DNA of 60,331 bases, counting the filler, from Blastocystis sp. subtype 4 (Eukaryota), in the NCBI RefSeq assembly GCF_000743755.1. It is 3 parts of 3 records of this genome, joined end to end, with 100 filler letters (N's around TTAATTAATTAA, not from the genome) between each part and the next. Parts side by side here need not be neighbours in the genome. Positions count along the whole stretch, not along the records: positions 40,808 to 60,331 come from NW_014569339.1; 2 more parts are not named here. One strand, written 5' to 3'. The notes under the pieces are model-generated. The model was not told the DNA's origin, ran no database searches, and saw only the letters and a list, made by a program, of their open reading frames with translations. Positions 48,608 through 60,331 of this stretch are shown here, piece by piece (position 1 is the stretch's first letter; each line of letters starts with the position of its first letter). Position numbers and translations under genes: made by a program.

Positions 48608-49651
48608 TCAATGATAGTGGTTCTTTCCTCTTCGGATACAGTATGCAGTGAAAAGAAGGAACACGAGAATTCCGATGAAAAAGAACTTTAATATTACAGA
48701 AAATACAGATGAAGAGAAAATAGACTTGTTTGCTAATATGAGATCGAATTGTTTCATAGGTCTCCTCTTCATCTCTTTACATAGAGCTTTCCCATCATCT
48801 TCCATTTCCCAAATGTAATACATACTAAACATGGAGGATGTATGAGCAAAGAACCAGACAGTATCGTCTATATTACAGAGCTGTTTAAGGTAGATGCTAG
48901 AATGGATTGGAATCTTTGCTTCTTTCAACTTCTGGAGAATTGAAACTGATTCACTCGTTATAGCGTTGACAGCATGCAACGCATCAACAGACACTAGGAT
49001 CAATGAAAGTGAAAAAAATCAACTTAAAATGGGACTGTCAGGGAACACATGGACAGATTGGTTCTCACTACAAAACACAAATCATGAATTTACTACACCT
49101 TATCAACAAAGACATCGGATGAAGGTATGATAGATCCATATATACTCATAAATGAACGAGCGTGGAAGGCATACACATCCGAGAAGAGTAAAAACCGCCC
49201 ATGATAGTCTTTGGACTTCAGATACTCTTCAATAAACTGTAGGTATGTGAAACGAGATACCTCTGAAGGAACTACAATAGCATTCTATATTTATAAAACA
49301 ATCATTTCACTACATTATCGACTTCCATCTGAAGCATGGAATCCGATTCTGAAAGACATTGAGGATTGAGATTACTAATGAGAAAGGTGTATTGAACATC
49401 TAGATGATGATATACACGAAGTGCTCACTTGGAAACTGTCGCAAATCCATACACCACGTATTTCGAATAACATACCTTTCTCGCTCATGTTCAATACAAG
49501 ATTCAATTAGTATGTACAAATCATTGTTAGAAGCCTTTGGAGTGGGTTTCTCTTCGAGAGAATACACACTTCGAATCTAGAGAATAAACACACAAAAAAA
49601 ATGTGTAACAAGACATAATACAATAAAAAGAATAGGCCAGTGAGAAATCAT
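48608..49651 (-). CDS. Hypothetical type I membrane protein
   Basis: Signal-like MISHWPILFIVCL start, multi-exon, C-terminal TM followed by a basic tail. Confidence 0.5.
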
Positions 49652-49680
49652 TTCTAACAAACATAAAAATGACAATCAAT

Positions 49681-51586
49681 TCACTCATCAACTTTCTGTC
49701 GTTTCTACTAATTAATCTTATTCACAATATATACAGAAGGATTCATCTGCTCATCATCTCGCGTCTCTCCTTCTTCTCCCTCTTCTTCCATAGCATTATC
49801 ACTCTCTGGTTCAAGTTCCTTCATCACTTCATCCGTATCACTCGTTTCCGAACTTTCCTCTTCCTCTTCATTAGGATTCTGATGATATTCACCATCTTCA
49901 ACCTGATCCTCTTGAGCACTATTCACATCGAAATCTTCATCATCCGAATCACTTCCTAAATCTGGAAGACTGATCGGTTTTAGACCTCGAATACGGATCT
50001 CCTTATTCACCAACTTAGTATGAATGGAAGAGAAGTCAGCACTATTGATGATATTAAGTATCAATAAGTACTATTCAATATTATGAAAGGTGAATCCAGC
50101 CCCATTTTGTCCTTTCGTCTGAATCTACATTTAATCCAATCTCCAAATATTCTTACGAATAAATCAAAGTTACGATTACCACTCTTCGCATTTGGATCAT
50201 AACGACTGAACTTCACAGACTGGATATCCTACAGTTGCAACCATTCAAAATGCTTACATCGTAATGAATCTGCAAGGTTGGTTTATGAATGAAGAATATC
50301 GTCTTTTCCATGAAATACAAGAGACCTCCATCTGATTTGTACACACACTTCACATAGGGTGTGCCTCGTGAAGTACGGAAATCACCAGATGAATACAGTT
50401 TAATGCCTCCCAAATACTTGAAGAGTTTTGCTACTAACTTATATGATTCATCTTTCATTGTTGGCTGTAGCTTCCCTGCATATTTGTCTTGAAGAATCAC
50501 TTCATCAAGATTCAGACTAATCACCGTTTTCTCTGTCGGAACATACACAACAAGATGATGATACATCTGTTGGCCTTGACGAAGTGGCTTCGTAAGTGTG
50601 AATACCAGCGCTTTGTGAGTGACATCAGGAAGATCGAACATGTAGATGCAAGAAATAGTCTTATATCTATGCTCACATCATCATCAATATCAATACAAGA
50701 TCTTATAAGTATATGTCTTTCCATTCATACGCATATAATTATCATAGAATTCCATGGTGTAACGTCCACGAGGAGTTACAAAGGAACCAACTCGTTCATC
50801 CAACTCTGTAATCATGTTTCCGCTGTTGTTACTCAAGCCAGCACGCTCCAGAACCATTTGTTGAAGAAGATAGGCCGCTGTGTTTTCATCGTCTTCATTA
50901 TCTCCTTGTGGGACGAAGAAACGAAGATTAACAAGAGTTTCTTCCTACAGTAAATGCAACAACGCATAGATACAGTAGTTTTGGTCGTATCTTCTTCCAC
51001 GAACTGGAATTCCACTTCGCTCTTTGAAGGAAGAGCACATTGACTCAGTTCACTTAGGCTAAATTCGAAGAGACGACGACCCTCGAGATCCTTCAGAACC
51101 ATGTTCTCACTATTCATCACCAAGGCAGAAAAATGGCAAACTCTGCTTCGCCTCCTTCAAAATCCGTGCTTCCCCAATTCACTCCAGCTGAGCCCATGTT
51201 TTCCTCCTGGATATCAATATTGAACACATTCTTCATGTACGGAAGGAGGATATCATAATCCTACAAAATAAAACTCCATCGCACAAGAACTCACAGCACG
51301 ACGATAACCATCAAAACGAACATGATTTCCATTCGCTAGGACGAACCGAATTTGATACTTGGAACCCACTTTGCACCAGAAGGCATCTTTCAACTCCGAA
51401 GCTTCATACTACAAAAGTCATCATAAATATGATCTCCTTCTACTCGTAATGACATATCTTCGCCTTTCCAGCTGATACTTGTAGAATCTGTCTTCATCTG
51501 GCCAAGAACCTAGAAATCACAGATTTCAAGGACATTGAGACTCGACGCTGTTCGCTCAGATAAATACCATTGAACGTGTTGTCCAT
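49681..51586 (-). CDS. SSRP1: FACT complex subunit SSRP1/Pob3
   Basis: GSAGVNWG, FVTPRGRY, LTKPLRQGQQMYHHLV, GLLYFMEKTIFFIHKP, RNFDL; acidic tail; no HMG box. Confidence 0.92.
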
Positions 51587-51705
51587 TTCGCGGAGTTAAG
51601 GAAACGAAATGAGAAACCCGCGAATGTCAAAACGCCGCCTTCTTTTTCTGATGTGAATTTTTCTTTCTACATCCATTGTTAGACGTATTACAACAAACAG
51701 AAGAA

Positions 51706-53323
51706 CTACTGAGACTGCGTTTGACTTGTTATAGGGGTTACTTGTATCTGCTGGTTCTGAGGAGGATAAGTAGCATTGTTGAACTGCGGGTTCGGCATTG
51801 GCATATTTCGGACAACACCCATGGGATACGGATACCCCTGTACCACAATCGGCTGACCAGAAGGAGATTGAATCACTTGGTTGGGAAGAGGACGCATCAT
51901 CATCGGCATTACCACTTGTCCAGGCATCACTACTTGTCCAGGCATGAGAACTTGTCCAGGCATAAGTGGGGGTTGCATCATTTGTCCAGGCATCATTTGC
52001 CCAGGCATCAGTGGAGGTTGAACAATAACAGGTGTCACTGGTTTTCTATTCATCATTACTCATCACTATCATATACTTAAGCACAAATTCAGGAGCCGAT
52101 GCACTCAACTCTAGATATGAATTCCATTCATCACACTAACTCTTCTTCTCTGCTTCTTCCTTCTTCTTTCTCTCTTCTTCCTCCTTCTTTCTCTTTTCCT
52201 TATCCACATTTCTCCTTTCTTCCTCATTCTTCTCAAAAGACTTCTTCTCAGGTACCTTCATCATAATACTTCGAGACAACACTTTTTCCTCCTTTGGAGC
52301 AGGGCGACCTCGACGTCTTGGTAGATGTTCTGAACTATGCACCTTACTGTAGAGTTCCTCTTCGTCCATATCCACAACGATACCTCGTTCTTCAAGGAGA
52401 TGTACATTCGTTGTTCCATCACTGGATTTCATTTCACGTTCCATACGAGCAGCTTCCTGTTTCAACTCTCTAGCTGTAATACTTCTATAGTACTCCTACA
52501 GAGGGACCTCTGCTGAATTCACATGTGTGGTGTACATTGTCAAATCAAATTCCGAATGTACTCCAAACTTAGATTGATTCTCAGCAAATTGATCGTAAGC
52601 ACCCATACGGAAGTCTCTAGACCTCATTGATGACCTTTACTACTACTGTTCTTCCAACGCTTCTTGATTTCCATTATCCGTCAAGAATCCAAAGTTATTC
52701 TAAGTTTCATTGCTTGGAGTGGACCTACTTCCAATTCTCGATGCTTACTAGTACTACGAGCCTTCTTGCGTCGCTCAGCATCATCAAAAGAAACGGACTG
52801 CTCACTACTCATCGATTCAGAAAGAAGTAAAGAGTCCATAATGCCCATAGATAGAGTTTCAGCAGTAGACGACTTCTGACTGTGCCTGATCGAATTTTGA
52901 GTAGAAATTTTATAAATGTCCTGGAAATCGACTCTCAACATCTCTTTCTCCTTGGGTTGATCGTGATGAATAGGACTTTGCTACAGTGAACCCATACACT
53001 AAATTCTACCTCAATGTAGGGGCAGTACAATTCCAAGAACGAGAAGTTTCTACTAAAAGCTTTCACAAAGCCACAATACACAGCTCCATTCTTTAACTAC
53101 ATATAATTGATTCTGAAAGTCCTCTACATGGCATCGAACGAACTCGTGTAACAGGTAGTCACAAAGAGTGCGAATGTTCCTAGCATTTACTTCATCAGCT
53201 ATAGAGTCAAAATCACAATCCAAAACAAACAATTTACAGCTGTTTTATCGTGAACTGGTCTAAAACATCAAATACTCAACGAATATCCAACTTTTTCCCT
53301 CCATTACGACTGTTTCGGTTCAT
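51706..53323 (-). CDS. Ataxin-2/Pbp1-like protein (Lsm, LsmAD, Met/Pro/Gln-rich tail)
   Basis: LsmAD signature YDQFAENQSKFGVHSEFDLTMYTT...AARMEREM....NVHLLEERG...DEEELYSKV. Confidence 0.8.
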
Positions 53324-53486
53324 AGTCCTCAGAAGTACAGCTTAATATACACTAGCAACCCTATTTGAGTATCCTTACAGATAAACAGAAAAATCGGACC
53401 TATTCCTGTTAACAAAAGTGGAAGTAAAATTGCAAACTCAAAGATACTTTCGATTTTGTTATATTAATTGAATCCTTGAATTATCA

Positions 53487-54216
53487 TGGAAATGTATCTT
53501 TTCTTTTCTATATGTCATCTCCAGATCAACTAAAACGAATGGAGCACAACTGAAAGACTCACGGCAATTGCGTCAAGCAATTCGAGACTTATCAGAATTA
53601 CAAATTGTATAAACTGTTTCTTGTGGATAAGTGATATAGAAAATGCTTCGAATATCAATCGAGAATGATTATTCTCATCTTCTTGCTCAATTGGGAAAAG
53701 AGAGTGGTTTGAATAGGATGTAGCTAATGATTGATAGAAATTAAAGTGGATACATTGTTGCATTATGCTGATTCACTGAAGTTTTCCGCAAATAGTGCTG
53801 TGAATGATTATATGCAACGAGTTGAAATTAGACAAATGAAATTAGCAGTAGGTCCGAAATCCCTATCCTTCTGTTCCAGAAATACGCGCTTCTCTATTAA
53901 ATAAACAGGATCTGGTTATTAGTAGTACACTAATCTATCTCATGATTCAGATGTTAATACACGGACAGTTGCTGAATCTGTGTATTCACAACAGTCTATC
54001 CGCAATCCTGGAAACAACGATCTCGGTGATATGGTGGATGACAAGGATGAACAATCGATGGATGTGGAGAATGATACAATGTCGGTAATTACCCAATCAG
54101 TATTTCACAAGAATGATAATCACGTATCTGATCATGTATCCAATAACAACTAGATGGCTTCCAAACGCATTGATTGGGATATCTCTGATGATAGTGGTTC
54201 TTTTAGTGACTTGTAG
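53487..54216 (+). CDS. Hypothetical protein (multi-exon)
   Basis: Short open exons separated by ~30-nt introns, ending ...DSGSFSDL-TAG; no domain recognised. Confidence 0.4.
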
Positions 54217-54261
54217 AATGTTTCATTATAAACAATCCAAAATACTAATAAAAAGAACCCC

Positions 54262-55327
54262 CTATTTCTTGATTTCCTTGTGACAAAGGACTTCAAGATC
54301 ATCCAACTCTTTCACACCCACAAAACGTCTTCCACGAATCAGCCATGTAGGAACTGCAGCAATCTGAGCCTGTTCACAAGCTTGAGGACGTTGCTCACAG
54401 TCCACATACTGAATTTGTCCCTTCAAATCACCCAGAATCTGTAACTGTGTTTGTGTATCCTTGTTAGATGACATTCCAAAGAGAACAGCTTTAATCGAAT
54501 GGAGTCGCTCCAACACCACTTCACGCTGCTTCTCCACAGGTAAGTATTGACGGTTATCGATAATACCCACAACAGCTCCAGTATTTCCATCCACAAACAC
54601 AAGATAGTGGAATTCTCCAGTTCCCATCTCCTTGCTCTTCTCGGCAAAAATCACACCCTTTCCATGGGCTCCTTCCACATTGTACTTGATACGACAATGC
54701 TGCATGCCATCTTCATCCTCATAAATGTAGTTCTCAATCCAGTTACGACGACCTGCTAACTTTCCTCCGAAATCCTTTCCATAACCCTTAACATTTCCTC
54801 CAAGATAACGGTTCACCTCCGGATTATCGAGAACAAGTTTCAGTGAGTCGTTAAACACTGAAGTACCACTCAGACGAGTAGGGAGAATCTCACGGACAAT
54901 AGCCACAAAAGTGACAACAGCAGTGGCTCCTACAAACAGCCAAATAGCACCCTTGGACGCCTTTTTTGCACCTATCTATGAGCCCACCCACCAACTTCAA
55001 CTCCTCACGACTTTCACAGCCATGATTTCCTGTCCTTCCTTCACAGTTCGGTACGTCTTTGGCCCTCCAGCTGCCTCTTCAGTAGCCTTCTTCTCTGCAG
55101 CAGCAGCTTCCTACAGTTCATTTGGCCCAAAAGTGACGAACCTCTGTAGAAAAGAGTCTTCTTCCTTTTGAAAACGCCTTCTTCATCATCTCGGGCTTCT
55201 TGAGAAGAGAAGACGTAAAACCACGACGAAAGACCGACTCATAGACAAAACTGCATGAGGGCACCGTCTTTGTCAGTCCTCGGGAAACGAAAGACTTGCA
55301 ACAACTGATACGAAGAGTTGACAGCAT
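54262..55327 (-). CDS. TIM21: Tim21-like inner-membrane protein with C-terminal thioredoxin-like domain
   Basis: Presequence MLSTLRISCCKSF; TM; LGGNVKGYG...RRN...HCRIKYNVEGAHGKGV (Tim21); then YVDC....C....I..VPTWLI.G.RFVG. Confidence 0.8.
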
Positions 55328-55481
55328 CGATATCGTTTTCTTTGCGATAGAAAAGGGGAAAATGGGGAAACACTCTTTCATTGCTTCATCAAACAATCCA
55401 GTTCTCTTTGGGAGGACATGATCAACCTATCTGAAACCAGGCATTGCCATAGAATTGTCATTAGTTCATCCATCCTATTTG

Positions 55482-56978
55482 ATGCCAGGTTGGGAACTCA
55501 TTGTGGGTTGTGTTGGAAAGCCTTCTGCTGGAAAATCAACATTTTTTAATGCAGTAACGGATGGTTCTGCCAAAGTGAGTTTCTTCTTACTTTTTTCTCA
55601 TTTATAGGTAGGGAACTATCCATTCACAACTATTGAACCAAATACAGGTATTACTTACTACTTGACGGAATGTCCTTGTGTGAAGAAAAAGCTGACAAAA
55701 GAATGTTCTCCGCTCTATGGATTTTGCAAGGATGGTCAGCGACAGATACCTTTAAAGCTGTTGGACGTTGCTGGGTTGATTCCAGGAGCAAGTGAAGGTG
55801 CTGGTCTTGGCAATAAGGTTGCTTCTCGATAAGATTGTCATGTGTAGTTTTTGGATGATTTACGACATGCTCATGTTCTTATCCATATCGTTGATGTGTC
55901 TGGAAGAACAAATGAGAAGGGAGAAAACACGGTTGGTTACGACCCATCTCGGGTATATATTTCTTAGATTATGAGACTGTAGGACATTGATTGGCTGTAT
56001 GATGAGATTCATGCTTGGATCTTCAACAATATCTACAAGAAGTGGGGTGGTATTATTCGGAAGTATGCTGCCTACTCAAACAGCGATAAACCCAAGACTT
56101 TAGCGGAAATACTCCAAGTATGATTCTAACTATCCACAATGACATTCAGTTGCAACTATCAGGTTATGGAACCACTCCTTCTCAAAGTGAGGCCATTGTT
56201 CGCTATCTGGGATTGAAAGAACCTGTGAACCTTAGTGCATGGGAAGCAGTATGTGTGTTTTATTTGCTTAAACATGTAGAAAGATATCCACGATCTAGTA
56301 GATGCCTTCATGTACATCCGATTCCCAATTATTGTAGCACTGAATAAAGCAGATTGTAAGGGAGAAACGGATAACAACATTCTAAAAATCATGAAACGAT
56401 ACAATAAGGACAATATTGACACCCATTCACGTGATCACCTGAAAGTACGTGATATCATTGTGATCTCAGCTGCCTCTGAATGCTTTTTGAAGAAACTGGC
56501 TCATCAGAACTATATCCATTATGAACGAGGGGATCAAATGTTCCAAACAAAGGAGAACGAAATCGAATATAATGGATCAAGCGTGAGAATAATCGAAAGA
56601 CATGATGATTAGAAGCTGCGTTCTCTTGATGCTACAGTTCAAGGTAGATTAGACAAGATCATGGATATGGTGCTGTTCCGGTTTGGATCTACTGGTGTGT
56701 GGCAAGTAATTCAGTCTGCTGTTCGTTGTATGAATCCAACTATTGTGTATCCAGTCACTTCCTACACAACCTTCAAAGGACCTCGAGGAGGTGTTTTTTC
56801 TACTTGCTATATGCTTCATGATCATGCAACGGTGCTTGATTTGAAATCGTTGTTGATCAATGCAGAGAACATTCCATGTGCTAGTATTGAAGCAGCTGAT
56901 GGAAGACTACTCTCTGAAGAGGATGAACTGGAAAGTAATGGAATTGTAAAGATCAACAGTCGAAGCAACATTGAATAG
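55482..56978 (+). CDS. Obg-family GTPase, YGR210C/archaeal-type
   Basis: [56 protein letters not shown]. Confidence 0.88.
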
Positions 56979-57085
56979 TCTATTTTTAAGCGTCCTTTTT
57001 ATTTTACTATATTTTTGTTTTTTTAAAGTAACTGAGAGCCATCTTCACATTTAATAATCAGTTTGTTTGATTTTCTTCTCCTGAT

Positions 57086-60000
57086 ATGAATATGTTTCAG
57101 AGAGAAAAATCAACGGATCAGAATAAGGATTACTCATCAGATGAGGATCTTCCCAAAGAAGCTGAAACTGAAGTGAGTCTCCGAGATATCAGTTCGAGCT
57201 ATCTGATTAAGATTGCAGAAAACCCCATTTTTCGAAAGGTATGTGTGTAACGGCCATTTCATGTTGGCAGGCAAAAGAGTACAAACGATTCTTTTCTCTA
57301 GATGATCAGTATCTCCGGTACTCTCATGAAGATAAGGGAGATATGAAAGGGTTAGTAGTAGGATTTCGGTAATAGTATAGAGAATATGATTTGTCAACTG
57401 TTGTTTCGATTCAGTGTCCATCCGTGCGTTTCCCTGAGAAACCGGATTATAAAGGAATGATCATTGACCTTGTTTTTGTAGATAAGGTCGTAACACTTGC
57501 TGGTCATGTGAAATATCCAGATTCGTTTGCATTGCTAAAGAAAATCCAGGCAACAAGCGAGATGTTTCTCAAATATCGGGCACAACCATCGGATGAGAAA
57601 ATTGACGAGATCTTTGAACAAGTTCTGGATGAAATGATGTTGAAAGAAGATAAACGTACTTACATGCGACAGTTGGAGCCGAAAAAGAAGTGGGATTTGA
57701 TCCGTGATCAACAGAAAATGAATATTCAGAGTAATTTTGTTATTTTGAATTGTATTGAGTTGTTGAAACGTGTAAGTGGAGATCTTCTTCTTTGATGTCT
57801 AGGATCATATATCATTGAAGAATGTGACAGATGTAAGTACAATTATTCGTACAGCAAATAAATCTCTTATGACGCTCTTCTATGAGAAAGATGGTGTACA
57901 ACTTCTCTTTAATGTCTGTCAGAATGAAGGGTAATCATGATTAGATGATCAAACGATATTGTGTGAAAAAGGATCCATCAAGAGAAGATTTGGATATTGT
58001 AGAGGCATTGATGGGAGCTGTTCATGGTCTGTTGAACAGTGTCAATGGTGTGGAAGCAATATGTGAGTATCCTGATAGTGGTGTTGCATTCCTCTATGTG
58101 TTTCTACTGGGTTGTGGTTCATTAGCAAATGAAGCAGTAACAAAGCTTATGTTCTTATACAATCGTTGTCAAAGTGAAGAAGCCATAGATTATTGGGTTG
58201 ATACGTATTCCAAAGAACATAATGATCATACTCGTTTAGAGAGTCTGATAGCTGTGTTTGATCATAGTGAGGATTCATTGTATATTCTATCTTTTATGAA
58301 GGTAATGAATGTATTTATTGGTAGTCATGTTGGCTTGTATAAGAGAATGACAGTAAGTAATTGAAAAGAGAATTCATTCTAGTTTCGGTATTATTTCATT
58401 AGTTGGGATATTACAGCCATGATGGATAAAGTCCTTGAGAAAGCCAATACATACAAATGGGCTCAATTAGAAAGCATTCAACAAGAATATACTATATTTG
58501 TTGAGAGTGAGAGTAATGATCGTAAAGATGCAGTAGTTGAAGGAGTTGATTTGAGTAGTGCTGAATCATTATTCAGTAATATGATTTATCAAACTGATAA
58601 GATATAGAAGCTATCAGTAAACGAACAGAAGAACAACATTTGAAGGATGAGTTTACTATGATTTTAAGGAACATTAATATGTTCCCAGTGGATGAATATC
58701 GTTGTGTACGTACGTGGGAACTGATGGAAAAGATGTCTTCATTTGTGGTCAAAGCACCAACTGACATTGTTGGTCTATCATTTGATAATCTGAATGATGT
58801 GAGTATTGTCTCATTCTATTAGTATTAGCAAATCATACGAGCTATGAATGCTATGGTATCTGGGAATGAGATTGAAGAAAGAACAATTGTACAAGTTTAC
58901 TTTCTCGTTGAAATATAGGAACCAATTGATGAGCAGTATGTTCGCTTCCTTCATCTGAAAGTTCTGGGTGAATCTATTGAAAGTCTTAAGGAGCAGGCTG
59001 CTCAAGCAGGATTAGATCCCAGTTACCTTGATAAAGACTTTCCAGATTATCGGAGTATTCCTGCTTATAGACATTATCTGGATGAACGTCGACGTGGTGT
59101 ATCAAAAGATGTACTGAAACAACGAATGATAGCAGAGAATTTGGATGAACATGTGTTGGATATTTATGATATCGAAGATATCCATATACGAAGAGTTGAC
59201 TATTTACAATATATTGACTATTTCCGTCGTAAAGAGAATGGAGAAAATACTGATGATTTGCAAATTGAGATGGAAAAGGCTGGATTGGATTCATCTGTCT
59301 TAGTGTATGATGTGGACAATATTGAATTCTATAATATTCCTTATGATGTTGTTATTCATGGAGACTCTTCTGCTATGCTTCCTGTGGCGATATCGACTCC
59401 AACTTCTGCTCCTGCAGTTGCTGCTTCTGCTCCTGCTACTTGTCAGCATCACTATGTGAAAATGGTTGATTATGCCTACAGCAAGAAGTTTAAGGCAGTA
59501 TCCATGGGTCAACCTATAGAACAAGTGAAGATGAGAATGGAAATGGAAGGAATGGATCCTTCTGTTCTCGATCTCGATATGAACACTGTTGGTTTCCTTA
59601 ACATTCCTGAAGGTGAATTGGTGAAGTATCCTGATGGTCATACTGAACCCTGTTGCTCTCCTGATGCTGCTCCTACCCCTGCTTCTGCTCCTGCTACTTG
59701 TCAGCATCACTATGTGAAAATGGTTGATTATGCCTACAGCAAGAAGTTTAAGGCAGTATCCATGGGTCAACCCATTGAACAAGTGAAGATGAGAATGGAA
59801 ATGGAAGGAATGGATCCTTCTGTTCTCGATCTCGATATGAACACTGTTGGTTTCCTTAACATTCCTGAAGGTGAATTGGTGAAGTATCCTGATGGTCATA
59901 CTGAACCCTGTTGCTCTCCTGATGCTGCTCCTACCCCTGCTTCTGCTCCTGCTCCTGCTACTTGTCAGCATCATTATGTGAAAATGGTTGATTATGCCTA

Positions 60001-60331
60001 CAGCAAGAAATTCAAGGCAGTATCCATGGGTCAACCTATAGAACAAGTGAAGATGAGAATGGAAATGGAAGGAATGGATCCTTCTGTTCTCGATCTTGAT
60101 ATGAACACTGTTGGTTTCCTCAATATTCCTGAAGATGAACTGGTGAAGTATCCTGATGGTCATACTGAACCCTGTTGCTCTCCTGATGCTGCTCCTACCC
60201 CTTCTTCTGCTCCTGCTACTTGTCAGCATCATTATGTGAAAATGGTTGATTATGCCTACAGCAAGAAGTTTAAGGCAGTATCCATGGGTCAACCCATTGA
60301 ACAAGTGAAGATGAGAATGGAAATGGAAGGA
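57086..60331 (+). CDS. Formin-like protein (GBD/FH3 N-terminus) with tandem CCDC53-like helical repeats; runs off the window
   Basis: IDEIFEQVLDEMMLKEDKRTYMRQLEPKKKWDLI (Drf GBD-like), armadillo-like FH3 exons, then repeats YSKKFKAVSMGQPIEQVKMRMEMEGMDPSVLDLD; FH2 domain not visible. Confidence 0.7.
59420..60331 (+). repeat. 258-264-bp coding tandem repeat (at least 3.5 near-identical units)
   Basis: tgtcagcatca recurs at 59441, 59699, 59963 and 60221 (periods 258, 264, 258). Confidence 0.95.

Noticed and set aside
59300..60304. 334-aa minus-strand repeat ORF
   Set aside because: Antisense shadow of the + strand repeat exon of the formin-like gene.
1..60331. Many fragmented ORFs suggesting pseudogenes or an alternative genetic code
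   Set aside because: Removing ~30-nt GT-AG introns restores continuous frames under the standard code.

Overview
Compact, AT-rich eukaryotic nuclear DNA with about 37 closely packed genes broken by ~28-35 nt GT-AG introns. It consists of three contigs joined by artificial N44-TTAATTAATTAA-N44 spacers (19865-19964, 40708-40807). The intron size, tiny intergenic spaces and a recurrent TGTTTGTT element at gene ends point to the gut stramenopile Blastocystis; this is inferred from genome architecture, not from a database search. Main observations: (1) At least 7-8 genes appear to end in T or TG exactly 4 nt before a TGTTTGTT-like element, so their stop codons would be completed by polyadenylation. 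This includes a convergent pair at 47003/47029. (2) A cluster of three miniature (43-46 nt) box C/D snoRNAs at 36310-36514 has a shared GGG-GAGA-CCC tetraloop hairpin in place of the C' box and second guide. The cluster sits in a ~307-nt intron of an apparently non-coding host transcript. (3) A perfect 99-bp inverted repeat (1-99 / 2994-3092) brackets three genes. (4) Unusual fusions: peroxiredoxin-thioredoxin, canonical ubiquitin-eS30, Tim21-thioredoxin-like, Hsp70-like-MORN, and a formin-type GBD followed by tandem CCDC53-like repeats. (5) An intronless, bacterial-like ADP-ribosylglycohydrolase. Exon boundaries were read by eye, so gene starts are approximate.
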